From the IMG/VR virus record IMGVR_UViG_3300022777_000060: a DNA stretch of 64,000 nucleotides; one strand, written 5' to 3'. The stretch comes from a virus. The notes under the pieces were generated by a model. That model was not told where the DNA came from. It was given only the letters and a program-made list of their open reading frames with translations, and made no database searches. A program made the position numbers and the translations under genes. The stretch's first letter is position 1; every line of letters starts with the position of its first letter. This document shows positions 9,575 to 18,136 of the stretch, one piece after another.

Positions 9575-10278
9575 GCTTCCCAAAAGGAAGCCGATTACAA
9601 GTGATCTTGGTAGTATCTCTGTCTATACATATAACAAACGCATCAGCAACAAAGATTACAGCTATGATATACGGATTAGTGAATAAAGATGGTGGTCAAA
9701 TCCGTTATGTCGGACGGACTTCTCTTTCTGAAAGCAAAAGGAAATCCCTTCATGCACATAGGGCGAAGAAAAACATAGATGAATCTCCAAAAGGCCAATG
9801 GATCCGAAGGGTTGGATTAGATGGGTTTGATATTATTGTTCTTGAAGATGAAACAAAAGATGCTATTGAATCTGAAAAGTTCTGGATTCAGTATTTAGAG
9901 TTTTTAGGATCTGATTTGCTGAATGTCACTGAAGGTGGGAACGGAAATACAAAGGGGGGAGGTATTGAAATAACCGAAAAAATGGAGAGTATGATGGGCA
10001 AAGTTCCTGATCAGAAAATAGCTAACGAGTTTGGTATCGACAGAAAAACTGTCCAAAAACACAGAACTCGCATCGGAATAAGTCCAGTTCAACCCAATAA
10101 CCTAAGTAGCAAAAAAGTATCTCAAGTAAAATGGATGCTCGAAAATACAAACAAGAGCCAAAGAGAGATAGCTAACTCATGTGACGTCGGACAAGCAAGT
10201 GTTTCTCGTATCAACAGAAAAGAAACATATTCCGATGTCACGGGTCAACTATGAAGAGCTTCCCAAAAGGAAGCCGAT
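9575..10278 (+). repeat. 21-bp direct repeat GCTTCCCAAAAGGAAGCCGAT at 9575-9595 and 10258-10278 flanking the endonuclease
   Basis: Read directly from the sequence. Confidence 0.95.
9664..10254 (+). mobile_element. Free-standing GIY-YIG homing endonuclease with C-terminal HTH, antisense to its neighbours
   Basis: MIYGLVNK...RYVGRT, AIESEKFWI; C-terminal SQREIANSCDVGQASVSRI; AT-rich and K-rich relative to flanks. Confidence 0.85.
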
Positions 10279-10659
10279 CACCAAAGACCCCCCTGCCCAT
10301 ATATACTTTTTGATTTGTTCCCAAGTCTTGCCACGTTCCAGTCGATTGATTCGGTCATCTCTCATATCGATTCGCTCTTGCTTGATTTCAAGCCGTTTTT
10401 CGGTCAAGTCAAGAATCAATGAGTCTTGACGTGCTCGCCGCTCCCAAAGATCGATCTGGTGAGCTTGCTCTTCAATTAGCGAGTCTTGAAGCGCAATCTT
10501 CCGCTTCTGTTCGGTGAACTGTTCTTTGAGTTCACGCAATGATTCAACAGACACGGTAACGCTGTCTTTCTCAGGCGGCGGCGTGTCGGGAACTTCTTGC
10601 GCCAACGCTGGCGTCGCCGTGAAGGCAAAAACCAAAAATGCGAAGACAAACCGTTTCAT
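10249..10659 (-). CDS. Signal peptide + coiled coil + C-terminal TM protein, putative spanin-like lysis component
   Basis: MKRFVFAFLVFAFTATPALA signal, heptad-rich middle, C-terminal IWAGGSLVIGFLLG. Confidence 0.55.
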   Translation of the reverse strand: MKRFVFAFLVFAFTATPALAQEVPDTPPPEKDSVTVSVESLRELKEQFTEQKRKIALQDSLIEEQAHQIDLWERRARQDSLILDLTEKRLEIKQERIDMRDDRINRLERGKTWEQIKKYIWAGGSLVIGFLLGSSS

Positions 10660-10663
10660 GTGT

Positions 10664-11050
10664 CTACTTTTTGTTGTCACCGAATCCTTCAACCCAATCC
10701 TTCAAATCCTCCGCGGAGTCGTCCGGCTCTGGAACGTCCTCTTCAACGTCATCGATATCATCACGTATTTCGTCTGCACGCTCTTTGGAGTCGTCGATCT
10801 CCTCGTCGGTTTTGTCGCGGTCGTCTTTGACCTCTTCCTTCTTCTTTTTGGCTTCGTCGCTTTCTTTCTTCAGGTCTTTGTCGGCGTCTTTCCAAGCGTC
10901 AGTCCAACTCTCAGAGCGACCGAAGACGAAGTAAAGTGCAGCAAGAACAGCGGCACCTGCGGCGATGGCGTACTTCTTTCCTCCGAAGTAGTAAGCCAGA
11001 GCAACCACACCGACTCCTGCCAAAACGTAAAGGAGGACTTCGAGATTCAT
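10664..11050 (-). CDS. N-terminal double-hydrophobic + charged coiled-coil protein, putative inner spanin-like
   Basis: Two hydrophobic segments followed by a D/E/K-rich helix. Confidence 0.5.
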   Translation of the reverse strand: MNLEVLLYVLAGVGVVALAYYFGGKKYAIAAGAAVLAALYFVFGRSESWTDAWKDADKDLKKESDEAKKKKEEVKDDRDKTDEEIDDSKERADEIRDDIDDVEEDVPEPDDSAEDLKDWVEGFGDNKK

Positions 11051-11053
11051 GGA

Positions 11054-11479
11054 TTACGAGATGTTTTGAAGAACCGTTCGGACTGCTTGACGCACTTGTT
11101 CCTCTTGCTTGAGAAAGTCAGGCACCTTGCTGTCACTGGCATAGTGATCAGCAGAGAACGTGTCCTTGATTTTCGAGGTCGGAATGTCGTCCGCAGTATC
11201 AGTTTCTTCGTCGTAGTGTTGTCCGACGAGATCAAAGAACTCTTCACGACCCTCATCTGTAAGGTCTTGCGGGTCATCAATGTTGAGCGTTTCCATCACG
11301 CCCTGAACGAACTCTTGGTAGTCGTCACCGTCCTCGCTAATAATGTCGCGAATCGCCTCACGAACAACGGATCGAACCTTGTCGTCGGAAACGGTCTTCT
11401 CAGAGCGAAGTGCTTTGCGCACGCCACTTCGAACCGCCTCTTGAATCTTGCTATCGTTATTGTTGCAGTTGCAGCTCAT
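11054..11479 (-). CDS. Hypothetical protein with repeated VRxxVRxAI motifs
   Basis: AVRSGVRKAL, KVRSVVREAIRDIISE, QVRQAVRTVL. Confidence 0.7.
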   Translation of the reverse strand: MSCNCNNNDSKIQEAVRSGVRKALRSEKTVSDDKVRSVVREAIRDIISEDGDDYQEFVQGVMETLNIDDPQDLTDEGREEFFDLVGQHYDEETDTADDIPTSKIKDTFSADHYASDSKVPDFLKQEEQVRQAVRTVLQNIS

Positions 11480-11510
11480 AGGTATTAGTTAGTTTGAGTT
11501 TTGTTCACCT

Positions 11511-12176
11511 TTATATATCCTCTCGATTTTCTCCTTCGACTTCTACGTAAAATACGTATCCTGCGAGCAGGCTGGCTTTCGCTATGAGGTATTGGCGCTC
11601 CTGCTCTGTCATTTCTCGCTCTTTTGCCGTGTAATCGACGCCGAGCATTCCAATAAGCACCCCGTCGATATTCCGCATCGCGAAAAGATGCATTTGCTCA
11701 GTCCCCCGCTGGCGAAACAGAAGTTCCACTTCGGGATCCACGTTCATTTGTCCCCCACTGTACGTGATATAGTCCTCTTTGATCAGATTTCCAATCATTT
11801 CCGAAAAGAATGAAACGAGCACGTCAGAAAACCTGTGCTGTTCTTTCGAGACGCCCGGAGCAGTGATTTCATGAGTCACTGATATTTTCTTCATCGAAGC
11901 GTCACGCACAGAGTTCAGAAACTTTCCGCCGTTGTGAAACTGCGCAATCCAACATCGATCAGCGCCAAGCTCTTCTCGAACCTCTTCAAGCTCGGCAGAG
12001 ATATTTTGCGCAAACTCAACTTCTTCGTCGAGAGTCCTTCGCTGTTCTCCGGAATCATCTACGGTTTCATCTTCGCTGCTATATCTCTCTTTTAGCCACC
12101 ATATAAAGAAAGGACCAAGAACTCCAGTGATTATAGCCGCTACAACACGTGTAATGGCAAAGATGCCTTCGAACAT
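11511..12176 (-). CDS. Putative holin, T4 gpT-like architecture (N-terminal TM + GAF-like domain)
   Basis: One N-terminal TM, then LEEVREELGADRCWIAQFHNGG...LIGMLGVDY, a GAF-like pattern. Confidence 0.55.
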   Translation of the reverse strand: MFEGIFAITRVVAAIITGVLGPFFIWWLKERYSSEDETVDDSGEQRRTLDEEVEFAQNISAELEEVREELGADRCWIAQFHNGGKFLNSVRDASMKKISVTHEITAPGVSKEQHRFSDVLVSFFSEMIGNLIKEDYITYSGGQMNVDPEVELLFRQRGTEQMHLFAMRNIDGVLIGMLGVDYTAKEREMTEQERQYLIAKASLLAGYVFYVEVEGENREDI

Positions 12177-12178
12177 TG

Positions 12179-12868
12179 CTATTCCTGCTCATCGGATTTT
12201 GTTGATTCATTTTCGAGCTGTTGAACCTTTTGTTCAAGCTCTTGAATGTGGTCTTCAAAGTTTTCGATGAACTCTTGGGCGTTATCCATCATCTCTCCCA
12301 TTTCGTCGTCATTGAGCCCTTCCCACTCAACAGTGTCGCCAGAAGAGTTGACGACTTGTTTGAAGCTCCCCTGCATCTTCTCTTCAAACTCTTCGAGCCC
12401 TTCTTTGATGTCCCGAAGCCAGCTCTTTTTGTTTTCAAGCATCGTTCGCTTCTCGTAAAGCTCATACGTGCCATTGACACGCATTTCTGTTTCCTTCTTT
12501 TGCCAGCAGTCAAAGCACATGTCCCGCAGGCGCCAAAACTTGACGTCGAACTTGCCGTTCATGATTTTCTCACAGTTCGGACAGAACATCGGCGTCCGAA
12601 TGCTGTCGAACATGGAAACTTTGATCGGGCCTCCAGATCCCATTTCCCAAACTTGCTCGCCATCCGGTCCCCACCATTGATCGCCCTCTTCGGCGCCAAC
12701 TGGCCGGTGTTCGTAAATCCCGTCTTCGTCTTTCTCTGGATCTTCGTACGCCTCACCCCCATCTTCATAACTGGTTGGAACATGAACCGTTTTGGGGATT
12801 TCAGGAGTCCCCCCCTGCATAATCGTTTCGAGTGCTTCGTTTTGGCTTTCTTCGTCTGTACTAAACAT
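12179..12868 (-). CDS. Conserved hypothetical protein with CxxC...CxxC
   Basis: FCPNCEKIM...MCFDCW. Confidence 0.75.
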   Translation of the reverse strand: MFSTDEESQNEALETIMQGGTPEIPKTVHVPTSYEDGGEAYEDPEKDEDGIYEHRPVGAEEGDQWWGPDGEQVWEMGSGGPIKVSMFDSIRTPMFCPNCEKIMNGKFDVKFWRLRDMCFDCWQKKETEMRVNGTYELYEKRTMLENKKSWLRDIKEGLEEFEEKMQGSFKQVVNSSGDTVEWEGLNDDEMGEMMDNAQEFIENFEDHIQELEQKVQQLENESTKSDEQE

Positions 12869-12905
12869 AACTGGTTTGGATTTTATTCAGAAGCGTCGAT
12901 TCACC

Positions 12906-12913
12906 TATAAGTA
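12906..12913 (-). promoter_or_regulatory. Putative late promoter TACTTATA
   Basis: Upstream of the 12868 start. Confidence 0.6.
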
Positions 12914-12937
12914 TCACACTATCTTCCATACTTCATG

Positions 12938-13852
12938 CTAGTATCCGCTGCTTGAGACAACTTGCTCTTTCAGGTCGTCAAGTCCATATTCTTCGATATA
13001 TTTGTCAAATGTTGGACGGCTCACCTCTTCATAGTTGTCGCGAGCATATCTCCGTGCTGCAGCGACTGTGTTAGAGTTTTCAAGGGACTCGCGAACCTGT
13101 CCTTTTGTAAGCTTTCTGCCTTTCTCTTTCCATCGCTTTTTTTGCGCCTTGGAAAGTTTTTTACACTGCTTCTTTCTATACTCCGGATCTTGCCAGTTTT
13201 CTTTTTGTTTCTGCGATAAACGTTCACGAAGTTCTGGATCTTTCATTTTTTCGGCGTGATCAGATTTTCTTATACCTTCGGAGATTTTCTTTCTCGTTTC
13301 TTCACTTCTTGTTTTGCCAGTATGCTGCTCTTTCGCGTTCATAGCAAACTTTTTGCGAAGTCTTTTTGCTTTCTGTTCTCCGTGTATTTCTTCAAAGGAT
13401 TTTCCGGAGCAAGGCGCTCCGTTTTCCTCATATCTCTTTCTTCTATTCTTTTTTATTTCTTTAGCCTTTTCCTCCCCATATATCTCTTCCCACGTGCTGC
13501 CGGATCGGATTTTCTTATTCACACGAGCGGCTTCTGGATTGTAGCCACCGTCTCCACCTTCACATATGTTCGTAAGATTTTCAAGCGTGTGCTCCGCGAT
13601 TAGGTCTTTCTCTTTCTCGAACGCCTTTTCGCTCTCTTCATACTCGTAGGGCTTTTCGTATTCAAGGTCGTCATACCCACTTTCGAGTATCGACTTGATT
13701 TTGTTGTATCGGTGCGGGTTTTTGTTTTTGTAGCTTTGTTTTTTGTTTTTTACGTGTTGAACGTGCTGCTTCATTCTGCCGTTCGTTCCTTTTCCTATGT
13801 AGAACGTTTCACCACTTCGAGGATCAATAAGCTTATATACGTAGTGTTTCAT
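12938..13852 (-). mobile_element. Free-standing GIY-YIG homing endonuclease with NUMOD3-like repeats
   Basis: HYVYKLIDPRSGETFYIGKG, AFEKEKDLI, LTNICEGGDGG, HTGKTRSEETRKKISE. Confidence 0.9.
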
Positions 13853-13868
13853 GGCTCCAGTGTTTTTA

Positions 13869-13876
13869 TATAAATA
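13869..13876 (-). promoter_or_regulatory. Putative late promoter TATTTATA for the GIY-YIG gene
   Basis: Upstream of the 13852 start. Confidence 0.55.
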
Positions 13877-13896
13877 GTCTGGAGCCTTGTAACTTT

Positions 13897-15927
13897 TTAG
13901 CGGCCGTATTTTATTATGCCGATGATTTGATTCAGCGGAGCGAACTGGCCGGTGAGTTTGTAGGTTTTCCCGTCATACTGAAAGACGATCCCTTCAAGAG
14001 CGGCAAGCTCGTCCATTCCACCGGCCGCTTCGAGTCTTGACATTTGCTGCTGCAGTTTCTTTACAGAATCTTCATCGGCTGGACTGCCTTCAAGTTGAGC
14101 ACGCACGCTTTCGATTTGGTCTCGAATGTCCTCTCGCGCTTCGTCGGGACTGGTGGCAACGACCGTTTCAACTCGCTTGAGAACTTCAGTGCCAAGGCGA
14201 AGGAACACTTCTTCAAGCGGCCGCATGTTCTCTTTGAACTGGTCGCGGTAATCGTTCTTATCGAACTCACGTGCCCACGACTTGAAGTCCTCGTGGTCCA
14301 CTTCGGATTTGAAGGTGCGAAGTCCGTATCCGTCCTCTCCAGACTTGTTGCCCCATGCCCAACGCTTGATAAGTCCGGCGACAACATGCTCTGGGATGTC
14401 ATAGTCGAAGTCGTCTGCCTTTTCTCGAATGAACTCCTCCCACCACTCTTCGTGCCAATCCATCACCTTGTTGTCGTTGCTCATGCCGTATTCTGCCATA
14501 TAATCCTCAACCTCTCCAATCAGCTCGTCTCTCAAGTCTTCAAGCTGGATGTTCGGAAGCTCAACTTCCGGTGGGGAGAGGATTTCGAATTCCTCTTGAA
14601 CCTTCTGGTCGACTTCTTGCACAAGGTCAGCGAGCCGGTAGGCGGCGTCTTTCTTGAAGTCAATGGCGTTTCCGGACTTGTCGTGCTCGATTACTCCGTG
14701 AAATACGATGAACGAGTCTCCATAGTCCACGATGTTCTTTGAAGCAGGATAGATGATTTCAAGGCTCATCCACTTGCGCCCCTCTTCAAACACCTCTTCA
14801 AGCCGTTCGTCGCGAACATCACTTAGAGCAATGGACAGATCACGAAATGCATACTCAAATGCCTCTCGAACGGCTCCTCGCCCTTCAAACTTATCAACGA
14901 GATCCCGAAGGTCCATTGCGCCTTCCCCGAAGTTTTTCAGGTGGCCTTTGTTGCGAGCGGCGACGAGATCACCGTCCTTCCAGCTGATCATGAGGTTCTG
15001 CCCGTCAACCTTTTCGATGGGCTGCTCTTCAATGTCAAGGTTTCCGTCGAACGCAAGATTGACCATGTTTTTGAGGTCGCCAAAGGTCAGCTCCAGGTCC
15101 TCAAACGGGTGATCCATATGTCCGAATGATCCTCCTGCCTGAAGCAGTTTTCGGCCGTCATCAGACTTCACGACATCTTTTATAAATTGTTCTTTGCTTT
15201 TGCTATTATCCGGCCCCTTCGACTCGTTTATATGATGAGGGATCAACCGAAGATTCGAATGATGTGATACGACTTTTGGCCGAATGTTATTCAAAAAAGC
15301 AGATTGGATACTGTATTCGTGATCAACATGATGACCATTTCGACCTCTCTTCTCTAAGTCAAACTTCTCTTTATTTTCGCGAAGACTTTTTTCAGTATAT
15401 CTTTTTACTTTTTCTTTATACTGTTTGAAGTCATCTTTGTCTTCTGGTCGAACCCATGCTCCGTTCTGATACTGTTTCTTCCTATACTCTTCGGAATATG
15501 ATGCCTGTCCAACTGTTTCAGCTCTTAGCTCGCGAAGTTCCGGATTGTTCTCATATGATTGTTTTACACTTTCACTTATTTTTTCTCTAACTTCGTTTTT
15601 CTTAGCTGGATTACTCTTCCCCCTTATCTCTTTTCTAACTCTCCCTGTCAGTGATTCGGATACCTTTTTCCTATGTTTCTTTTCGTTCATCGGGTTATTT
15701 TCAGATACCTTTTTCCGATTCTCTTTGTTATGCATAGGATTGTTTTCGCTCATCTTTTGACGAGCTTCTTCCGACACAAGGTTAGCATTTGGATATTTCT
15801 TTTTATATTCATCCATTGTCATGTTATGCTTACACTCCAAATGACGATACTGGATTTGGCTAAACTCTCCCCCACATTCTTCACAGATTACCATATCAGT
15901 TTTTTTATTATGTCCTTCATTCAACAA
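13897..15927 (-). CDS. HNH-like/NUMOD endonuclease domain fused in frame to a ligase-like nucleotidyltransferase domain; the frame stays open upstream to 16077
   Basis: N-terminal CEEC..HLECKH, NPM repeats, HHVDH..HHSNLRLI...NESK; C-terminal GGSFGHMDHPF, EKVDGQN (KxDG-like), EGIVF..YKLTG. Confidence 0.75.
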   Translation of the reverse strand: MLNEGHNKKTDMVICEECGGEFSQIQYRHLECKHNMTMDEYKKKYPNANLVSEEARQKMSENNPMHNKENRKKVSENNPMNEKKHRKKVSESLTGRVRKEIRGKSNPAKKNEVREKISESVKQSYENNPELRELRAETVGQASYSEEYRKKQYQNGAWVRPEDKDDFKQYKEKVKRYTEKSLRENKEKFDLEKRGRNGHHVDHEYSIQSAFLNNIRPKVVSHHSNLRLIPHHINESKGPDNSKSKEQFIKDVVKSDDGRKLLQAGGSFGHMDHPFEDLELTFGDLKNMVNLAFDGNLDIEEQPIEKVDGQNLMISWKDGDLVAARNKGHLKNFGEGAMDLRDLVDKFEGRGAVREAFEYAFRDLSIALSDVRDERLEEVFEEGRKWMSLEIIYPASKNIVDYGDSFIVFHGVIEHDKSGNAIDFKKDAAYRLADLVQEVDQKVQEEFEILSPPEVELPNIQLEDLRDELIGEVEDYMAEYGMSNDNKVMDWHEEWWEEFIREKADDFDYDIPEHVVAGLIKRWAWGNKSGEDGYGLRTFKSEVDHEDFKSWAREFDKNDYRDQFKENMRPLEEVFLRLGTEVLKRVETVVATSPDEAREDIRDQIESVRAQLEGSPADEDSVKKLQQQMSRLEAAGGMDELAALEGIVFQYDGKTYKLTGQFAPLNQIIGIIKYGR

Positions 15928-16077
15928 GTCTTTTTTTACTGACTCAATGATTTCGTTGACCGTATCAACGTCATTTGGATCTTCAACTTCGCCGTCGTCG
16001 ACTCCCGCCTTATCTTCAGGGTCTTCGCCTTCAAGCTCTTCGTCGTCGGCACGCTCTTCGCCGTCGCCGGATTCGTC

Positions 16078-17568
16078 TTAAAGTCCTTCAGCTTCATCTT
16101 CGACGTCCTGTGCGGTTTTTGGTTCACCGAGTGCAAGCGCAATGTTTTCGTCGGCGTCGTGATACATGCTGCGGATATGCTCAGTGTCCATCGTTCCCAT
16201 GTAGCTCAAAAGCTCATATCCTGCAGCTTCTGCCACGGCGTTCGCGAACGGTTCGTAGCTGGCAACTGGATCTTCGGTTCCCGCTTTCGGCCCAATGCCT
16301 GTCGGGAAGAACGAGTCAAACGGCAATCCGTCAGTCTTGAAGTCATCATCAACTCGATCTGTGATATAATCAAGCACCTCGTATCCGAAAAGTCGGCTGA
16401 GTTCATCTGCAGTCTCTTGAAAGTCCTCAAGATCCGAGTACCAAGTCACCGGCCCGTCGTCTACGGGTGAACCGGTCTTTGCAGTTGAAAGCTCGTTCAA
16501 GGCACGCTTGCGCTTCATGCGCCGTTTCGTTCGGTCGAGTCCTCCCCAATCAACAAACTCTTGAATGAGGTTTCCGGGCACGTAGCGAGCTTCAGTGAGC
16601 CTCTTCAGCATGAGGTCATAAATCTCTTGATTGAACGATCCGTAGATGTACTTGAAGAAGTCCTTCTTCTCTTGCTCTGGAATAGACTCGCTGCGAAATG
16701 CCTCTCGCACACGACTTCCGCTGATTTCATCGCCGCGAAAAGTGAATCCGGCCATTGGTGTCGTGTATACGTAGCCGCCGTCTTCGTAGCCTTCAATCTC
16801 TCCCTCTGGTGGGTATTCATCAAAGTAGCTGGAGCCAAGAAGCCGCCCTTTGTCTTTTTCGCTTACTGCCGCCACATACGCAGTCGACTCCGGATCATAG
16901 TCCTCAAGGATCTCTTTTGGCCCATATGGGTTTTTGACCTGAACGACATTTTCGTGCGGCACGTCAAAAAGCGTGGTGATGATTTTCTTCTTCTGCCGAA
17001 ACGTAAATGGGCTGCGTGGAGGATCGACTTTGTTGGAGGTGCCAATGTATACTTCGTTTCGCCCGAAGCGATCTTTCAGGTGGTTGTACACCTTATAGTG
17101 GCCGCGGTGGAACGGTTGGAAACGTCCAGAGAACACCGCCACAATGTTCATATCTTCTTTTTGCTCATTGATTTGCTTCTGGACGTCGTTGAGCATCCCC
17201 ATCGCTTCGGTTGTCGGAAGGTGAATCCGAAACACAGGCGCCTTGTGGTCTTCGCCCTTCACTTCACCGATTGCTCGTGTCTGGTGGCGGCCGTCAATAA
17301 TGTCGTAGTCTTTGGAAACAACAACCGGCTGAACTTCTCCTGTATCTTGAATCTGTTCGGCCTTTTCCTCAACTACGTCCTTATCGAGCCCTTCAGTCTC
17401 AACAACTGTAAGCTCATTTGTTGGAACTCGCTCGACCGTATACAGAACCCCACGGTCATCCAGAAGTTCCTGCAAAGTAGAAAGGTGGTCGGGCTCGAAC
17501 TGCGGCTTTCCTTGGTTTTCGCGAAGAAGCCGAACCGCCAAGTTTTTACTGAGTTTGTCAATGCTCAT
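16078..17568 (-). CDS. ParB/Srx-like domain + HxGH cytidylyltransferase-family nucleotidyltransferase
   Basis: QPVVVSKDYDIIDGRHQ (ParB-like); AVFSGRFQPFHRGH and ISGSRVR (CTP_transf-like). Confidence 0.8.
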   Translation of the reverse strand: MSIDKLSKNLAVRLLRENQGKPQFEPDHLSTLQELLDDRGVLYTVERVPTNELTVVETEGLDKDVVEEKAEQIQDTGEVQPVVVSKDYDIIDGRHQTRAIGEVKGEDHKAPVFRIHLPTTEAMGMLNDVQKQINEQKEDMNIVAVFSGRFQPFHRGHYKVYNHLKDRFGRNEVYIGTSNKVDPPRSPFTFRQKKKIITTLFDVPHENVVQVKNPYGPKEILEDYDPESTAYVAAVSEKDKGRLLGSSYFDEYPPEGEIEGYEDGGYVYTTPMAGFTFRGDEISGSRVREAFRSESIPEQEKKDFFKYIYGSFNQEIYDLMLKRLTEARYVPGNLIQEFVDWGGLDRTKRRMKRKRALNELSTAKTGSPVDDGPVTWYSDLEDFQETADELSRLFGYEVLDYITDRVDDDFKTDGLPFDSFFPTGIGPKAGTEDPVASYEPFANAVAEAAGYELLSYMGTMDTEHIRSMYHDADENIALALGEPKTAQDVEDEAEGL

Positions 17569-17607
17569 ATCTTTGAAGTTGTGTATCCGGATCCGTCTTT
17601 ACATATA

Positions 17608-17640
17608 AAAAGGGCAACGCCCTACGCGGGCGCCACCCTT
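17608..17640 (-). terminator. Intrinsic terminator
   Basis: AAGGGTGGCGCCC/GGGCGTTGCCCTT + TT. Confidence 0.7.
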
Positions 17641-17668
17641 ATATACGCCGAAGCCGTTGGTTTCGTTC

Positions 17669-18121
17669 CTACATGCCGAACTTCTCTTCAATGAACTCTC
17701 GGGCCTCTTCTGCTTCGGGGCCTTCGATTTCTTCGTCCGTCACCGTCACGTCGAATCCTTCTTCTTCAAGGTAGTCCTCCATTTCGATCGTGAAGTCCTG
17801 CTCGATGATCTCAATGTCCCCCGCCTTGAGCACAACGCTTGTGTTCTCCAAGTCGTGCTTCATGCGTTTGAAGGTCGCATCCCACTTCTGAACGCGAAAA
17901 GAGTACACATTTCCACTGACTCGAATGTTGTACTGACTCACAACGTCTTCGGCTGGATTGGAAAGGGACACTTCAATGTCGTCTTTTCCGTCTTCCATGT
18001 GCTCTTGAACAGCTTCAGCCGCCCGAAGAATGAAGTTGGGGTTGATTTGTCCTCGTTCGATTTCGTCGTCATTGAACTCGACGACAATGCCGCTGGAAAA
18101 AGGTGTGTAGTTATCAAGCAT
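17669..18121 (-). CDS. Acidic hypothetical protein
   Basis: 150 aa ORF followed by a terminator. Confidence 0.7.
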   Translation of the reverse strand: MLDNYTPFSSGIVVEFNDDEIERGQINPNFILRAAEAVQEHMEDGKDDIEVSLSNPAEDVVSQYNIRVSGNVYSFRVQKWDATFKRMKHDLENTSVVLKAGDIEIIEQDFTIEMEDYLEEEGFDVTVTDEEIEGPEAEEAREFIEEKFGM

Positions 18122-18136
18122 ATTGTTGTTTTGTTT

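Noticed and set aside
15130-15915. Intein in the ligase-like gene
   Set aside because: No Cys/Ser N-terminal nucleophile, no His-Asn C-terminus and no Hint blocks. A group I intron is not evident by eye but was not formally excluded.
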